A stretch of DNA of 64,000 nucleotides from Eledone cirrhosa (taxonomy: Eukaryota). A program made the position numbers and the translations under genes. This document shows positions 1 to 13,193 of this stretch, in pieces. Positions within the stretch are counted from its first letter, which is position 1, and every line of letters starts with the position of its first letter. Below the pieces are notes generated by a model, which had not been told where the DNA came from, did not search any database, and saw only the letters and a program-made list of their open reading frames with translations. The stretch covers positions 3,906,001 through 3,970,000 of the forward strand of contig OZ024763.1 of the NCBI GenBank assembly GCA_964016885.1, written 5' to 3'.

Positions 1-93
1 CACCCTAACCACTGAGGGGACCCACCATACCACCAAACAACACCCTAACCACTGAGGGAACCATACCACCCAGTAACACAACAGACTACTCAC

Positions 94-222
94 CAATAGC
101 ATATTCTAGGATGAGATTCCAACCAATGATAAAAGCAATCAGTTCACCAACTGTGATGTAGCTGTAGACATAAGCAGAGCCAGTCTTGGGTACACGGGCC
201 CCAAACTCAGCATAACAAAGCC
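94..222 (-). CDS. CAT/SLC7A-family transporter, third coding exon; gene continues beyond the window start
   Basis: 129 nt, phase 1/1. Encodes (G)[42 protein letters not shown](G), the hallmark CAT motif. Acceptor poly-T..atcag|, donor |GTGAGT. Confidence 0.95.
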
Positions 223-344
223 CTGATAAAAAAAAAAAAGCAAAGAAAAAAACTGACTGTTGGAATATGTACTTATAACTACAACAAACAGTTTGGCAGC
301 AGTGAAACCAGATTTGGTTTGGTATTATATCAGTATTTATATCT

Positions 345-660
345 GTAGGAGGGCATTTACATCTGGTTCTGTACTGTGGGAGTATGTTCAACTTGCAATG
401 ACTGCTTATCCGCACCAAAACACTGAATGAGTTAATCATGGATATGCTGTTTGCAGACAACTGTGTCCTTCTGGTGCTCACAGCGGAAGATCTCCAGGTA
501 GCTGTCAGCTGGTTTTACTTAGGCTGCCAAAGCCTTTGGCCTGACCATCAGCCTCAAGAAAACTGAAGTCATGTGCTAAAGCCAGCAAATGAAGAGTACC
601 ATCCTCTGCAGATTAACATCGATGGGAACCCCCTCAGTTCAATGGAGTGCTTTACTAACT
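345..660 (+). mobile_element. Decayed RTE/BovB-type LINE reverse transcriptase fragment in a CAT intron
   Basis: Translates to ...[14 protein letters not shown]...DLQ...AAKAFGLTISLKKTEVM (FADD-like RT motif) with stops and frameshifts. Confidence 0.8.
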
Positions 661-1039
661 ATACAAATTTAGCCTTGTGGGACTCCCGTAAAAAGATTTT
701 TATGTTCATCATCATTATCATCATCTGTCTACCATACTAGAATGGGTAGTACAGGATGTCTCTTTGTGAGAGATCAGGTTGGGGGACCATGATTTGCTCA
801 CACAGAACTGATTTTGGCTTGGTTTCTATGGCTGGATGCCCTTCACGCCAGTCACATTTACAGTGTGGGCTGGGCGCTTTTTGTCATGAGAAAATGTTTC
901 ACAGCCACATTCTCTTCCTGGCACTGATCTTTTAATCACTTCTTACAACACACAGAGATATGGTGTCTCCATTCTAGACCGGATACCCCCCCCAATAACC
1001 ACACCAAAAACAAATAGAAAATTTAATTTTGCCAAAACT

Positions 1040-1213
1040 ATTGAATGAATGATTAGAATGTCTCAGGAAAGAATCGCTGGACAGATTTTACAGGTGAAAC
1101 CAGCAAGATGGTTAGATAACATCTATGGCCTTGGTTGGTCATGCTTGGGGATCCAACCAGATCAGTTGCAGACGGTTGCTTCTGACAAGAAGAAGAAGAA
1201 GAAGAAGAAGAAG
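1040..1213 (+). mobile_element. RTE-like LINE 3' end fragment with (GAA)n tail
   Basis: RMSQERIAGQILQVKPARWLDNI..LGWS...QLQTVASD followed by (AAG)n. Confidence 0.6.
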
Positions 1214-1227
1214 AGCTGTTTACAAAC

Positions 1228-1347
1228 CTGCAAGTACTGACACAATGGCTGCTATAAAGAAAGACAAAATAATCGATGGACCTGCCTTGGTTTTCGCAAC
1301 TTCTCCTGATAATACGTAGGCACCGGCCCCCAGGGTACTTCCCACAC
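1228..1347 (-). CDS. CAT/SLC7A-family transporter, second coding exon (absent from the ORF track)
   Basis: 120 nt, phase 1/1. Encodes (G)[39 protein letters not shown](G), including the TM1 GS.LGAG.YV motif and AGP. Acceptor ctgttgcag|, donor |GTTTGT. The frame joins both neighbouring exons. Confidence 0.93.
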
Positions 1348-1789
1348 CTGCAACAGAGAAAGGAAAAACAATTAACCCTTTAGCATTTACATTACTCTAT
1401 ATTTACTATTGTATTTTCATCTTTGATGTTATTTATTTTGAGAACAATACCTTAACATCAGTATGAGTGGCAAGTTACAGCCGGTTTGAACAGAAAGAGG
1501 TGAGAGAATTCTGGCCGGATACAGCTGGTTTAACCTCTTCAGAGCCATAGATGAGATAACTCATCCTAACATGTATGAACTCTTTTCCAACAGTTCATAA
1601 CTTCAAATCTAGGTGGAGCTACTAGTTTATTGATGTGACATTTATCAATCAAAATAGTCATTTTACTGAAAACAAACCCAGCACAGCAACTGTAAATGTG
1701 TAAAATATACACGGCAGTCAACAGGTTACATGCTAAAGGGTTAAATAATATAATCAGAGCCATTATACAGCCTGTTCTCCCAAAGAAAA

Positions 1790-2470
1790 TGTCTAATCTA
1801 TAATATCTGACATACAACATAGGACACAGAAGTATGACATGTAATATACACAACATAGGACACAGAAGATATGACATGTAATATAGGACATACAATGTCT
1901 TATACACAACATAGGACATACAATGTATTATACACAACATAGGACATACAATGTCTTATATACAACATAGGACACAGAAGGTATGACATGTAATATAGGA
2001 AATACAATATCTTATATACAAAATAGGACAGAGAAGATATGACATATAATATAGGACATACAATGTCTTATATACAACATAGGACACAGAAAGTGTGACA
2101 TATAATATAGGACATACCATTTAAGAGATACAGAATGTGATATACAATTTAGGACATACAATGCCTTATATACAATATAGAATATACAATGTCTGACATA
2201 TAATGTAGGACATACAATGTCTGATATACAATAGAGTACATACAATGTCTGATATACAATATAATACATACAATGTCTGATAAACAATATAGTACATACA
2301 ATCCTATATTTTGAATCAAACATTGTATGTACTATACAATTTAGGACATACAATGTTTGATACAAAATATAGGATATCCAATGTTTGATACACAGTATGT
2401 GATATGCAATGTTTGATACACAGTATGTGATATGCAATGAAGAACATACAACATCTGAGATACAATATGC
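1790..2470. repeat. Degenerate minisatellite (GACATACAATGTCT.ATATACAA-type units of about 25-30 bp)
   Basis: Imperfect tandem units are directly visible. Confidence 0.8.
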
Positions 2471-3342
2471 ATATATGGACCTGTAACTCCTGAAAGAGTC
2501 ATGACATTTTAAACTTGGTGGAGAGCATCACCTCTGCAAGTCTGGACATGGATGATTTCTTCCAGAGAAAGAGGGGAGAACGGGAGAGAGAGAGAGAGAG
2601 GAAATGAGAAAGAAATATAGATGAAGAATCAAACCCAGGAATGGACTGGTACTTTTTGTTTATCGATCTTGAAAGGATGAAAGAGAAAGTTGAGCTCTGG
2701 GATTTGAACTCAGGGAGTTCCGAGCTGGACCAAATCCTGCAAAATATTCTATTCGATGTTCTAACGCCTCAACCATTTCACTGCACGACACACAAGTCGC
2801 TTCAGCCACAAACCCAGGTATTGCAGCCCGCTATGCAGAGGAAAGGAAGATAAAGAAATACTGGGGATTGTCTATCTGCTTCCTCTTCGCACCAGTTGCC
2901 GTCGAGACCTCAGGCATACTTGGACCCTGTACTGACAAGTTCTTCCGCAAGATTATATTTATCTAAAATCTTTACATCATAATTTTAGATAAGAACTTCT
3001 GTTGACCCTTTACCATTTACATTACTCTATATTTACTATTGTATTTTCATGGTAAAGGTTTTATCTCACATAATATTGAATCTATGAGACTTTGATATCA
3101 TTTATTTTTAGAACAATATCTTAACATCAGTATGAGCAGCTGGTTATGACTGGTTTGAACAGAAAGAGGTGAGAGAACTCTGGCTGGATATGGCCGGTTT
3201 AAATACTAAAGGCTTAAATGATATATTCAATTGTAAATAAAGACATACAATGTCTGAGCTTAAATATAAGATATACAGAACTTTACTGTCAGCAAGCTAA
3301 CAGGAACAACAACAACAACAACAAAAAGAAAAACAGACTCAC

Positions 3343-3454
3343 CGAGGAGCGTAAGATCGAGGAGGGATAGAACCCGTGACAGCTTGGTCTTCTCTAGATT
3401 ATCAGAGTCAATGCATTTCTTCCGGAACAGCTTCCTTAACAGCAGTTTCAACAT
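3343..3454 (-). CDS. Cationic amino acid transporter (SLC7A1-4/CAT, APC superfamily), first coding exon
   Basis: Encodes MLKLLLRKLFRKKCIDSDNLEKTKLSRVLSLLDLTLLG, matching the CAT N-terminus (RKK...L.R.L...DL..LG). Acceptor ctcctacag|G lies just before the ATG; donor G|GTGAGT (phase 1) at 3343. Confidence 0.9.
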
Positions 3455-5410
3455 CCTGTAGGAGAGTTAGAGATAGGAAAGGACGGCACTCAGCCACGAC
3501 TATTAAATAAAACTACACGACTTTAAACAACTCCACTCCTCTTATTTCTCATTTCTTCTCTTCCTACAGAGTTTCATTTACTGTTCATAAAATATAAATT
3601 GGTAAAGTAGGATAGCTTTTAATAACCACATTTTCTCTATCTCAACCACCACCACCACTATCACCACCACCGCTGTTGCCACTACCACCACTACTATCAC
3701 CACCACCACCACTACTATCACCAACAACACTGCTGTGCTACCACCAACACCAATACAGCTAATGCTGACCACCCCTCCATCATCACTACCTGCACACCCC
3801 CTTCTTTCCATTGGTTTTGTCATTCATTTTTTTCTCCACCAGCTGTTCCTGTTGACAAACTATCGATTTAACCCTTTTGTTACCAAACCATCTGTAACTG
3901 ACTTCATGAACTCTGTAGGTGATGAACACAACCACAAGGATATGGTGCCAACGTGGAAGAACCGAACTCCCACTGTCATCGCCTCCACCTCTTTTGCCCT
4001 CCCCATCCCTCTTAAGTTATGTTCCAGACACCAGCTTAATAAAGAGAAAGATAACTATAAAGGGTTAAAGTTTTCATATTTATCTAAAAAGCTTCCATCA
4101 TAATATTTTATGTAAGAAGATTTGTTTAATTATTGCTCGTATTTGTTTTGGATCTCTGTTCCCGAAGTTCGAATCCTGTCGAGGTTAACTTCCAGGGTCA
4201 TAAATATAGTATCAGTCAAAAGACGATGGATTGGTGGAATTGTTAAAATGTCGGACAGGGGGATTGGTAGTGTCTGATCCAGCTCCGTAAGTTTTTAGTT
4301 CAAATCTCGCCTCCTTCTGTCAGGTGTTGTGAACAGCCAACAGATAGCATTAGCAATGGAAAGACCAAAGGAAACAGTGTTTCTTTGGCTTGATCTGAAT
4401 ATTGGCTCCTTCCTTCTGCCATGACATATGATAGACAGATAGTATCAGCAATGGATCGACCAATGGACACCTAGTTTCCTTAGTCTGATCTGACGATCAA
4501 CTTCTGCCAGGAATTGGGACCAATGGGAACTCAAGGCGGAATTTACATTGAGTAAAATAAGTCAAAATCAAGAAAGATAAAGAGATTACCCCACAGTGGG
4601 GGAAGAGATCTTAGAGTAATTCAGAGTGGAAGCCCCAGATGACCCTGTATCACCAAAGATATAGGAAGTGCCATCTCGCAGTTTCTTTTTCCTCAATAAT
4701 TGCTTCTACTTTTGGTATTAGGGCAGCCATTTAAAGGGGAGGGGAGAATCATTTAAATTGACTCCAGTGCATTACTGGTACTTTATTTTATCATCCCCGT
4801 AAGGATAAAAGGCAAAGTTAACCTCGGCGGGATTTGAACTGAGCTCTGAATGTAACGAACCAGAACAAATACTGCGAAGCATTTGTCCGACGCTCTAACG
4901 ACTACCAATCCACCAGCCTCTAATAATTCTAGTTTGGTCACAAAGCCAGCAGTGTGAGGGGAGGGGAAAGTCGATTAAATCAACCCCAGTGCGTGACTGG
5001 TACTCTATTTTATCGATCCCGGGAGGACGAAAAGTAAAGCTAACGTAAAAAGTGGTAGCTAAATACTGCAAAGCATTCTGTCCGACAGTCGACTGATGCT
5101 AGTAAATAAAACCTTTCCTTACCTGCTGAGATGACAGTAACACCTTTACTTGAGTGAAAAAGAAACAGTTTTGATGAAAGAAATCTGTTTAATTAATATA
5201 CAGTTTAGAGTTTGAACCTGCTAGATCACTTAAGATTTTAATGCACGACAACGTCTATCTAATCTTATCAGGTTGAGTGTGTGTGTGTGTGTACTTATGT
5301 AGTGATCTTGTCCACTCACGTCTACACCACTGCCAACTCCTACACCACCACCATTATCATCATGGTCTGTGTTATAAACAATACATTACTAAATACCCAT
5401 TCTTCCTTAA

Positions 5411-5633
5411 CCCTTTAACATTTACATTGCTCTATATTTACTATTGTATTTTCACGGTAAACACTTTATTTTACATAATTATCTCACATAATATTGAATC
5501 TATGATATTTTGATATTATCTATTTTGAGAACAATACCTTAACATCAGTATGAGCGGCCGGATTCAGCCAGTTTGAATCGAAAACAAGTGAGAGAATTCT
5601 GGCCAGATACGGCCCTGTTTAAATGCTAAAGGG
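5411..5633. mobile_element. piggyBac-like MITE (related copies at about 1376-1530, 3005-3215 and 59952-61603; a different TTAA-CCCTTT element at about 3871-4064)
   Basis: TTAA|CCCTTTAACATTTA ... TAAATGCTAAAGGG|TTAA: CCC-starting terminal inverted repeats flanked by TTAA duplications. Confidence 0.75.
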
Positions 5634-5904
5634 TTAAGTAAATAATATATACAAGGGTTAAGTAAATAATATATATATTTTAAGAAAAGGAAAAGAATGA
5701 CAAAAGTTTGGAACAAACATACGTTATGATCCCAGAAGTGTTATGGACTCATAGAATTTTCAAATTTTTGTCTAATGCGGCCTCTAGTTGGACGAAGGCT
5801 GTCTCTGGATCACTGTGACAATCACGTCACATGTACGAGACTTAAATAATTGTTGGTTAACATTTTACTCATCTTAGTGTGTCACGTACGTTCTCTTTCC
5901 TTAG

Positions 5905-6275
5905 ATAATTGTTTCTACTTTTGGCACAAGGCCAGCAATTACCCAGTGTATTACTGGTACTTTATTTTATCGACCCTGTAAGGATAAAAGGCAAAGTTAA
6001 CCTCGGCGGGATTTGAACTCAGATCGTAAAGGGGACGTAACTACGCTGGAAAGCATGTCTGACCCTCTACCAATACTGCCAATTTAGATAATTGTTTCTA
6101 TTTTAGGCACAAGGCCAGCAATTACCCAGTGCATTACTGGTACTTTATTTTATCGACCCCGTAAGGATGAAAGGCAAAGTCAACCTCGGCGGGATTTGAA
6201 CTCAGATTGTAAAGGGACGTAACTATGCTGGAAAGCATGGCGTCCGACCCTCTACCGATACTGCCAATCCACCAA
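5905..6275 (-). mobile_element. Two tandem copies of the tRNA-derived SINE family
   Basis: Reverse complement of the element with A box TGGCAGTATCGG, B box GAGTTCAAATCC, central GCCTTTCATCCTTACGGGGTCGATAAAATAAAGTACCAG and tail GGCCTTGTGCCTAAAGTAGAAACAATTATT. Confidence 0.85.
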
Positions 6276-6720
6276 TTTAGATAATGCCTCCAAGGAAGAG
6301 ATCCGCCATTGGTCGAAAAACAGCGAAAGCTGAGAGAGGGAAAAGAAGAAAAGCAAAGGAATCGTCAGTGGAGGCTGCAATTAGGCGATCGCAGGGTGGT
6401 GAACGTAAAGCAAGTGCAAGAACGTTAGAAAACTACGAGCAGCCAGCGTTGTATGATATTTAAGACATAAGTTACTTATGAACTCCGAATGGTCATGGGC
6501 ACTTTCATTTTTCCAGATATTGATTATAGCCCCCCCCCCCCCCGGGTGGGGGTGGGGGCAGATAATCTCCTTTAACCGCTTCCTTGGAGTCGACTGAAGC
6601 AACTGCAGTGCAATGCAGCAAAACGTCATAACTTCTGGAGTTCGCAACTGATTTTCACCAAACTTGACACATAGGCTTCGAATGTTCTACAGATGAATTT
6701 GGCACATATTGTATGTGTGT

Positions 6721-6772
<52 letters not shown>

Positions 6773-7625
6773 CATATATACTCACTATTAGATACACATT
6801 CTTTCCTAAACAATATATACACATTTTCTTCAAAATGGCTGACTGAATACATGCGTTTTTTCTCAAAAAATGTTTTTCCGTTCCTTCCTCTTTTCACTCT
6901 TTCTATTTCATCTTTTATTTCTCATTCTATCTTCTGATGAAGGACTAGTATCTGAAACGCTAAGACTCTTTTCCTACCATATCAAGAGTTAAACTAATAT
7001 ATTTCTTCATTGTACTGTGTTGTTTGCTTTGTTGTTTCTGTTTGCTTTTTGCATATATATATACACATTTTTGAATACCCATTTTTTTCCTAAGTTGTGA
7101 AGTTGTGATTTTGAATACCCATTTTTTTCATCTCATATCGTATGCCCTTCTATAATCAATCTATACCACCCCTAACGGGGTACCATACCGTATGCCCTTC
7201 TATAACCCATACGACCACCTAATGGGGTACCATATCGTATGCCCTTCTATAATCTATAGGACCATCTAACGGGGTACCATACAGTATGCCCTTCTATAAC
7301 CCATACCACCCTTAATGGGGTGCCATATCGTACGTCCTTCTATAATCTATACCACCCCCAACGGAGTGTCATATTGTATGCCATTCTATAATCAATCTAT
7401 ACCACCTTTAAATTGGTCTTTCTTTGCCTGCAATCTTTCATCATCATTTTGTCAATGAGTAACTAATCCTTGGTACCACGGAATTTTCCTCTACAGACTA
7501 ATTGTTCCGCTGGGAAAATTTCATTCCCACTTAAGAAATATATATATATACACACACAACAGGTAAATTCCATCCGCTATTTTACCTGTGAATCAGTTTC
7601 CACATAAATGGGAGTATTATTATTG

Positions 7626-8097
7626 GGTGGAAGGGCGGTGGATTGGCAGTATCGGTAGAGGGTCGGACGCCATGTTAGGGCGGTGGATTGGCAGTATCGG
7701 TAGATAGTCGGACGCCATGTTAGGGCGGTAGATTGGCAGTATCGGTAGAGGGTCGGACGCCATGTTAGGGCGGTGGATTGGCAGTATCGGTAGAGGGTCG
7801 GACGCCATGTTAGGGCGGTGGATTGGCAGTATCGGTAGAGGGTCGGACGCCATGTTAGGGCGGTGGATTGGCAGTATCGGTAGAGGGTCGGACGCCATGT
7901 TAGTGCGGTGGATTGGCAGTATCGGTAGAGAGTCGGACGCCATGCTTTGACGTATAGAGTTACGGTCCTTGCCATTCTTAGTACAAATCCCGCCGAGGTT
8001 AACTTTGCCTTTCATTCTTACGGAGTCGATAAAATGAAGTACCAGTAATGTACTGGGTAATTGCTGGCCTTGTGCCTAAAATAGAAACAATTATTAT
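7626..8097 (+). mobile_element. tRNA-derived SINE with its 39-bp A-box head amplified about 8 times in tandem
   Basis: (GGCGGTGGATTGGCAGTATCGGTAGAGGGTCGGACGCCATGTTAG-type unit)n runs directly into the SINE body and tail. Confidence 0.85.
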
Positions 8098-8491
8098 TGG
8101 ACACATGTTTTGCGACACAGAAATACGGCCTTTTACGTTCTCAGTTCAAATCCCACCAAGCTTAGCTTTGCCATCCTTGTGGGTCGATAAAATAAAGTAC
8201 TAGTAACGCACTGGGGTAGATTTAATCGACTTTACCCTCCCCAAAATTGCAGGCCTTGTGCCTAAATCAGAAACGATTATTATAGATGTCTTCCAATCAC
8301 GTAACAAATAAATTTTATAACTTTATGACATCACAACTCACGAACATAACATGGCCACCGAAAGAAAGCGGAAACCATTATTCCGAAACCATTATTCTGC
8401 TTTTTTCGCTCAATAATCAAGCAGCAAGGATTGTGATGAGTATGTTGGCAGATATTCCAAGAAATATTTCTCCCAGGGTTTCGCTGCAATA

Positions 8492-8743
8492 ATGTTTGTC
8501 ACTGTGTTGCACTGCAATAATGAAGTGATTCATTTGAACGGCAACTGCCGGACCAGAGTGATCAGGGACTATTTGAAACAGAAATGTCCGGAGATAATAT
8601 CCAAAGTGATCGATTTGGTCGATACAACCGGAAAATTGATTCACCTTAGCTGGATGCCAGACTCGGCGAATGCTAAGTTACTTTTTGAAGACCAAGCTGC
8701 TCTCTACATACTAGCAATCTTGAAAACAGATCCGGACACACAT
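8492..8743 (+). CDS. CXorf65/C22orf15-like small protein, exon 1
   Basis: MFVTVLHCNNEVIHLNGNCRTRVIRDYLKQKC...VIDLVDTTGK...SANAKLL...LYIL resembles the CXorf65-type N-terminus as recalled (MF...H......L.N.NC.....YI.....IDL....GK). Donor CAT|GTGAGT, phase 0, 84 codons. Confidence 0.72.
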
Positions 8744-9006
8744 GTGAGTCCAATTAATGTTGTCTACCTTTTCGTAATCTTGAAAACAGCAAGGGCAATT
8801 GTTGGTGTTGTTGTTTTTTGTTTAACTTATTGTTGTTGTTATATATTAGTTTAATTTTTCATATTGTTGGAAAAAATCTTAAATTATATATATATATATA
8901 TACATATTCTAAGGCGGGTAAAATTCCCGAGATCCATGGACGAGTTCTCTCCAGCGGTCTCTGTCCCTCATTATCGCTGCCATGTCCTGCGTCTCCAACA
9001 GACGAA

Positions 9007-9041
<35 letters not shown>

Positions 9042-9045
9042 CGAA

Positions 9046-9095
<50 letters not shown>

Positions 9096-9145
9096 AAAGA
9101 TCCCGTTAAGGGTGAAAGCAGCGATTCTATGTGATAACTGAAGAA

Positions 9146-9203
<58 letters not shown>

Positions 9204-9477
9204 TTCGTTTTTTTAATTTGTTTCGCAAGATTTCTTACCTGAAAAGTTGTGTTGAAACAGATGTTGTTATACTTTGGGAGGGCCATGCTGCCAATAAAAT
9301 CACATGCACCTGTTGGGTTTCACTTCAATTTATTATAAATTTCCGTCTGGTTGGTTCGATCACCAGATGGTTGTTTATTTATTGTCAGTTCTTTCGTCAC
9401 ACTTTCATACTAAGCACACAACACACAAAAACAAGATGATGTAGGACAGAACAAAGGAGAGACAAAATAAAATCCTA

Positions 9478-9520
9478 GTCACTGAGGAGTTCACAGAATG
9501 TGTGACGAAAGAACTTTGAC
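9478..9520 (+). ncRNA. Minimal type I hammerhead motif (family copies at 13004-13046 plus and 51823-51865 minus, each with one core mutation)
   Basis: GUCA-CUGAGGA-G(U)UCACA.GAAUG.UGUGAC-GAAA-GAAC-UU^UGAC. Confidence 0.68.
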
Positions 9521-9643
9521 AATATATAAACAACCATCCGGTTACTGAACCAACCAGGCAACCGGAAATTTATAATAAATTGAAGTGAAAACCAACAGAT
9601 GCGTGTGTTTTTATTGACAGCATGACTCTCCCAAAGTATAACA

Positions 9644-9674
<31 letters not shown>

Positions 9675-9896
9675 TATAAAGGAACAATCGACTTTCGTCA
9701 AATCGGACCGAGGGAACAATGTTTCCGTTGGTCTTTCCAATTGCTAATACTATCTATCGGTCGCAACTCCAGGTAGAAGGAGCAACGTGAAATAAAGTGT
9801 CTTGCTCAAGGACACAACGCATCGCCTGGTCCAGGAATCGAACTCACAACCTTACGATTGCGAATCCAATTCTCTAACCACTCAGCCACACGCCTT

Positions 9897-9966
<70 letters not shown>

Positions 9967-10009
9967 AGTAACCAAAGAGTGCTTAGAAATACATTGTTTT
10001 ATTATTATT

Positions 10010-10056
10010 AACTAACAGTGTTTCATCCGTACCCTATGGCAGGAATCATCAGAGCC
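10010..10056 (-). ncRNA. Minimal type I hammerhead motif
   Basis: GGCU-CUGAUGA-U.UCCUGCC.AUAG.GGUA(C)GGA.U-GAAA-CACUG-UU^AGUU. Confidence 0.6.
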
Positions 10057-10559
10057 TATAAGAAGTTGCAGGCTCCATCAAGTTCAGTCACCAGAACAGG
10101 GTTGACTGAGTTTGATGGAGCCAATGTATTTCTAAGCACTCTTTGGTTACTCCTAAACTTATAACGGCTCTGTAGTATACTTGTCATCGTACATTGAGCT
10201 AAAACCACACTGTCATGCCAAGGGCAATATATCTGCGTGTCTGTACACATTGATATACTTGTCAACGAAACTATATATATATATATAACTAAACAGGCAT
10301 GCATACAGGCTAAAGTGGCATTCCTACATTTGATAGGGTATATCGTAATTTGAGGGAGATATGACTGCTATTTCTAGTAATCCGTGAGAAGTGTCCACTC
10401 CCTAGTTTGTGTGTTTGTAGATAATACCAGTCAAGTACTGGAGTCGGGTGAATGATAAGGTGATTGAGTTGTTAACACTGATCTCAGCATGTCATAAGTA
10501 CTTTTGTTGGCTTGTTGATACCAGAAATATCTTAGTTATTCATATTACGACCCCTATAC

Positions 10560-10590
<31 letters not shown>

Positions 10591-10593
10591 CTG

Positions 10594-10640
<47 letters not shown>

Positions 10641-10987
10641 GGTAGTAGTGGTGGTGGTGGTGATGATGGTGGTGGTGGTGGTGATAGTAGTGGTAGTAGT
10701 AGTAGTAGTAGTAATAGTAGTGGTGGTAGTTATAGTAGCTGTAGTAGTGGTGGTAGTTATAGTAGTAGTAGTGGTGGTGGTGGTGGTAGTACTAGCAATA
10801 GTAGTAGCAACCATCGCCACCACCACCATTTCCTCCTACCAAACATTACTGGCCTCCTGCCTAAATTTGAAAGTATCATCAACATCGATGGAGCGTCGGA
10901 ATGCTTTGCGGCATATAGTTACGTCCCTTTACGTTCTGTGTTCAAATCCTACAGACGTCGATAAAATGAAATTCCAGTAATACACTG

Positions 10988-12341
10988 GAAGGGGTGATTA
11001 CGTCGACTGGGGAAGGAATGGGTGATTACGTCGACTGGGGAAGGAAGGGGTGATAACGTCGACTGAAGAAGGAAGGGGGGATAACGTCGACTGGGGAAGG
11101 AAGGGGTGATAACGTCGACTGAAGAAGGAAGGGGGGATAACGTCGACTGAGGAAGGAAGGGGTGATAACGTCGACTGAGGAAGGAAGGGGGATAACGTCG
11201 ACTGAGGAAGGAAGGGGGATTACGTCGACTGGGGAAGGAAGGGGTGATTACGTCGACTGAAGAAGGAAGGGGGGATAACGTCGACTGAGGAAGGAAGGGG
11301 TGATAACGTCGACTGAGGAAGGAAGGGGGATAACGTCGACTGAGGAAGGAAGGGGGATTACGTCGACTGAGGAAGGAAGGGGTGATTACGTCGACTGGGG
11401 AAGGAAGGGGTGATTACGTCGACTGGGGAAGGAAGGGGTAATAACGTCGACTGAAGAAGGAAGGGGGGATAACGTCGACTGAGGAAGGAAGGGGTGATAA
11501 CGTCGACTGAGGAAGGAAGGGGGATAACGTCGACTGAGGAAGGAAGGGGTGATAACGTCGACTGAGGAAGGAAGGGGGATAACGTCGACTGAGGAAGGAA
11601 GGGGGATTACGTCGACTGAGGAAGGAAGGGGGATAACGTCGACTGAGGAAGGAAGGGGGGATAACGTCGACTGAGGCAGGAAGGGGTGATTACGTCGACT
11701 GAGGAAGGAAGGGGGGATAACGTCGACTGAGGCAGGTAGGGGTGATTACGTCGACTGAGGAAGGAAGGGGGATAACGTCGACTGAGGAAGGAAGGGGGAT
11801 AACGTCGACTGAGGCAGGAAGGGGGGATAACGTCGACTGAGGAAGGAAGGGGTGATAACGTCGACTGAGGCAGGAAGGGGGGATAACGTCGACTGAGGAA
11901 GGAAGGGGGATTACGTCGACTGAGGAAGGAAGGGGGATAACGTCGACTGAGGCAGGAAGGGGGGATAACGTCGACTGAGGAAGGAAGGGGTGATAACGTC
12001 GACTGAGGAAGGAAGGGGTGATTACGTCGATTGAGGAAGGAAGGGGGATTACGTCGACTGATGAAGGAAGGGGGATAACGTCGACTGAGGCAAGAAGGGG
12101 GGATAACGTCGACTGAGGCAGGAAGGGGGGATAACGTCGACTGAGGCAGGAAGGGGGGATAACGTCGACTGAGGAAGGAAGGGGGATAACGTCGACTGAG
12201 GAAGGAAGGGGTGATAACGTCGACTGAGGAAGGAAGGGGGATAACGTCGACTGAGGAAGGAAGGGGGATTACGTCGACTGAGAAAGGAAGGGGTGATTAC
12301 ATCGACTGAGGAAGGAAGGGGGGATAACGTCGACTGAGGAA
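10988..12341. repeat. Minisatellite of about 22-23 bp units (GATAACGTCGACTGAGGAAGGAAGGGG), about 60 copies, in the CXorf65-like intron
   Basis: Directly visible. It begins at the 3' part of a SINE copy (about 10885-11005). Confidence 0.92.
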
Positions 12342-12769
12342 TTTTACTGGCGAAACCAACTGGCAGGAGACCCAGGAGTAGACCCCGATCAAGTTTGAGG
12401 ACTCTGCACCCACGACATTAACAGGGATAAGTTAGTGAAGAAGAAGAAGAAGAAGAAGAAGAGAATATTAGGCCAACACTGTTTCAATCAGTGACACACC
12501 ACGAGGGTGGTGGTGCTGGAGACTCCCTAATACCACGAGGGTGGTGGTACTGGAGACTCCCTCTAATACTGCTCGAGGCAAGCCAACACACTGGCGACAT
12601 TACCGCGGCTGATAGCGAGACTGAGACACTGGAACAACTACACACCCTCATGGGCATCACCTGAGGTTAACTTTGCCTTTCATCCTTATAGAGTCGATAA
12701 AAATAAAGCACCAGTCAAGTACTGGAGTCGATTTATTCGATTTCCCTCTCCTGGAAAAACTGCCACGAG

Positions 12770-12895
12770 AGTCACCTATGGAAATGTGGAGAAAATTAAT
12801 CAGCTTGTCCATGAGGATCGTCGAAGGACAATCAACAATATTTCTGTTGTTGGTCTGCCGTATGGGTCCGAGCAGGTAACCCTAACGTCTGAATT
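12770..12895 (+). mobile_element. Mariner transposase HTH fragment
   Basis: Reads GNVEKINQLVHEDRRRTINNISVVGLPYGSEQVTLTSEL, typical of the mariner second HTH (EDRR.T). Confidence 0.6.
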
Positions 12896-13193
12896 GATTA
12901 GAAATCGTTTCTCATAAAAACCAAATAAGGGTGATGAATTATGAGTTCACAATACCAAGATGGTGTAGGACAGAGCAGAGGAGAAACACAAAATAACAAA
13001 TTAGTCACTGAAAAGGTCACAGAATGTGTGACGAAAGAGCTTTCACAAGAAACAAATAAACAACCATCCAGTTATTAAACTAACCAACTGGAAATTTGTA
13101 ATAAATTGAAGTGAAAATCAACAGGTACGTGTGTTTTTATTGGCGGCACGACCCTCCCAAAGTATATATATTTTTTTCAATTTTTTTTTTCAG

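Noticed and set aside
1-60. CCCTAA suggesting telomeric repeat
   Set aside because: Only a single hexamer within a 40-bp duplicated unit.
86-481. 131-aa ORF as a complete protein
   Set aside because: Only 94-222 is exon; the rest is intron read-through overlapping an antisense LINE relic.
10988-12341. CRISPR-like appearance of regular arrays (also 27382-28660, 59219-59587, 60090-61590)
   Set aside because: The units are head-to-tail with no unique spacers, there are no cas genes, and the context is eukaryotic.
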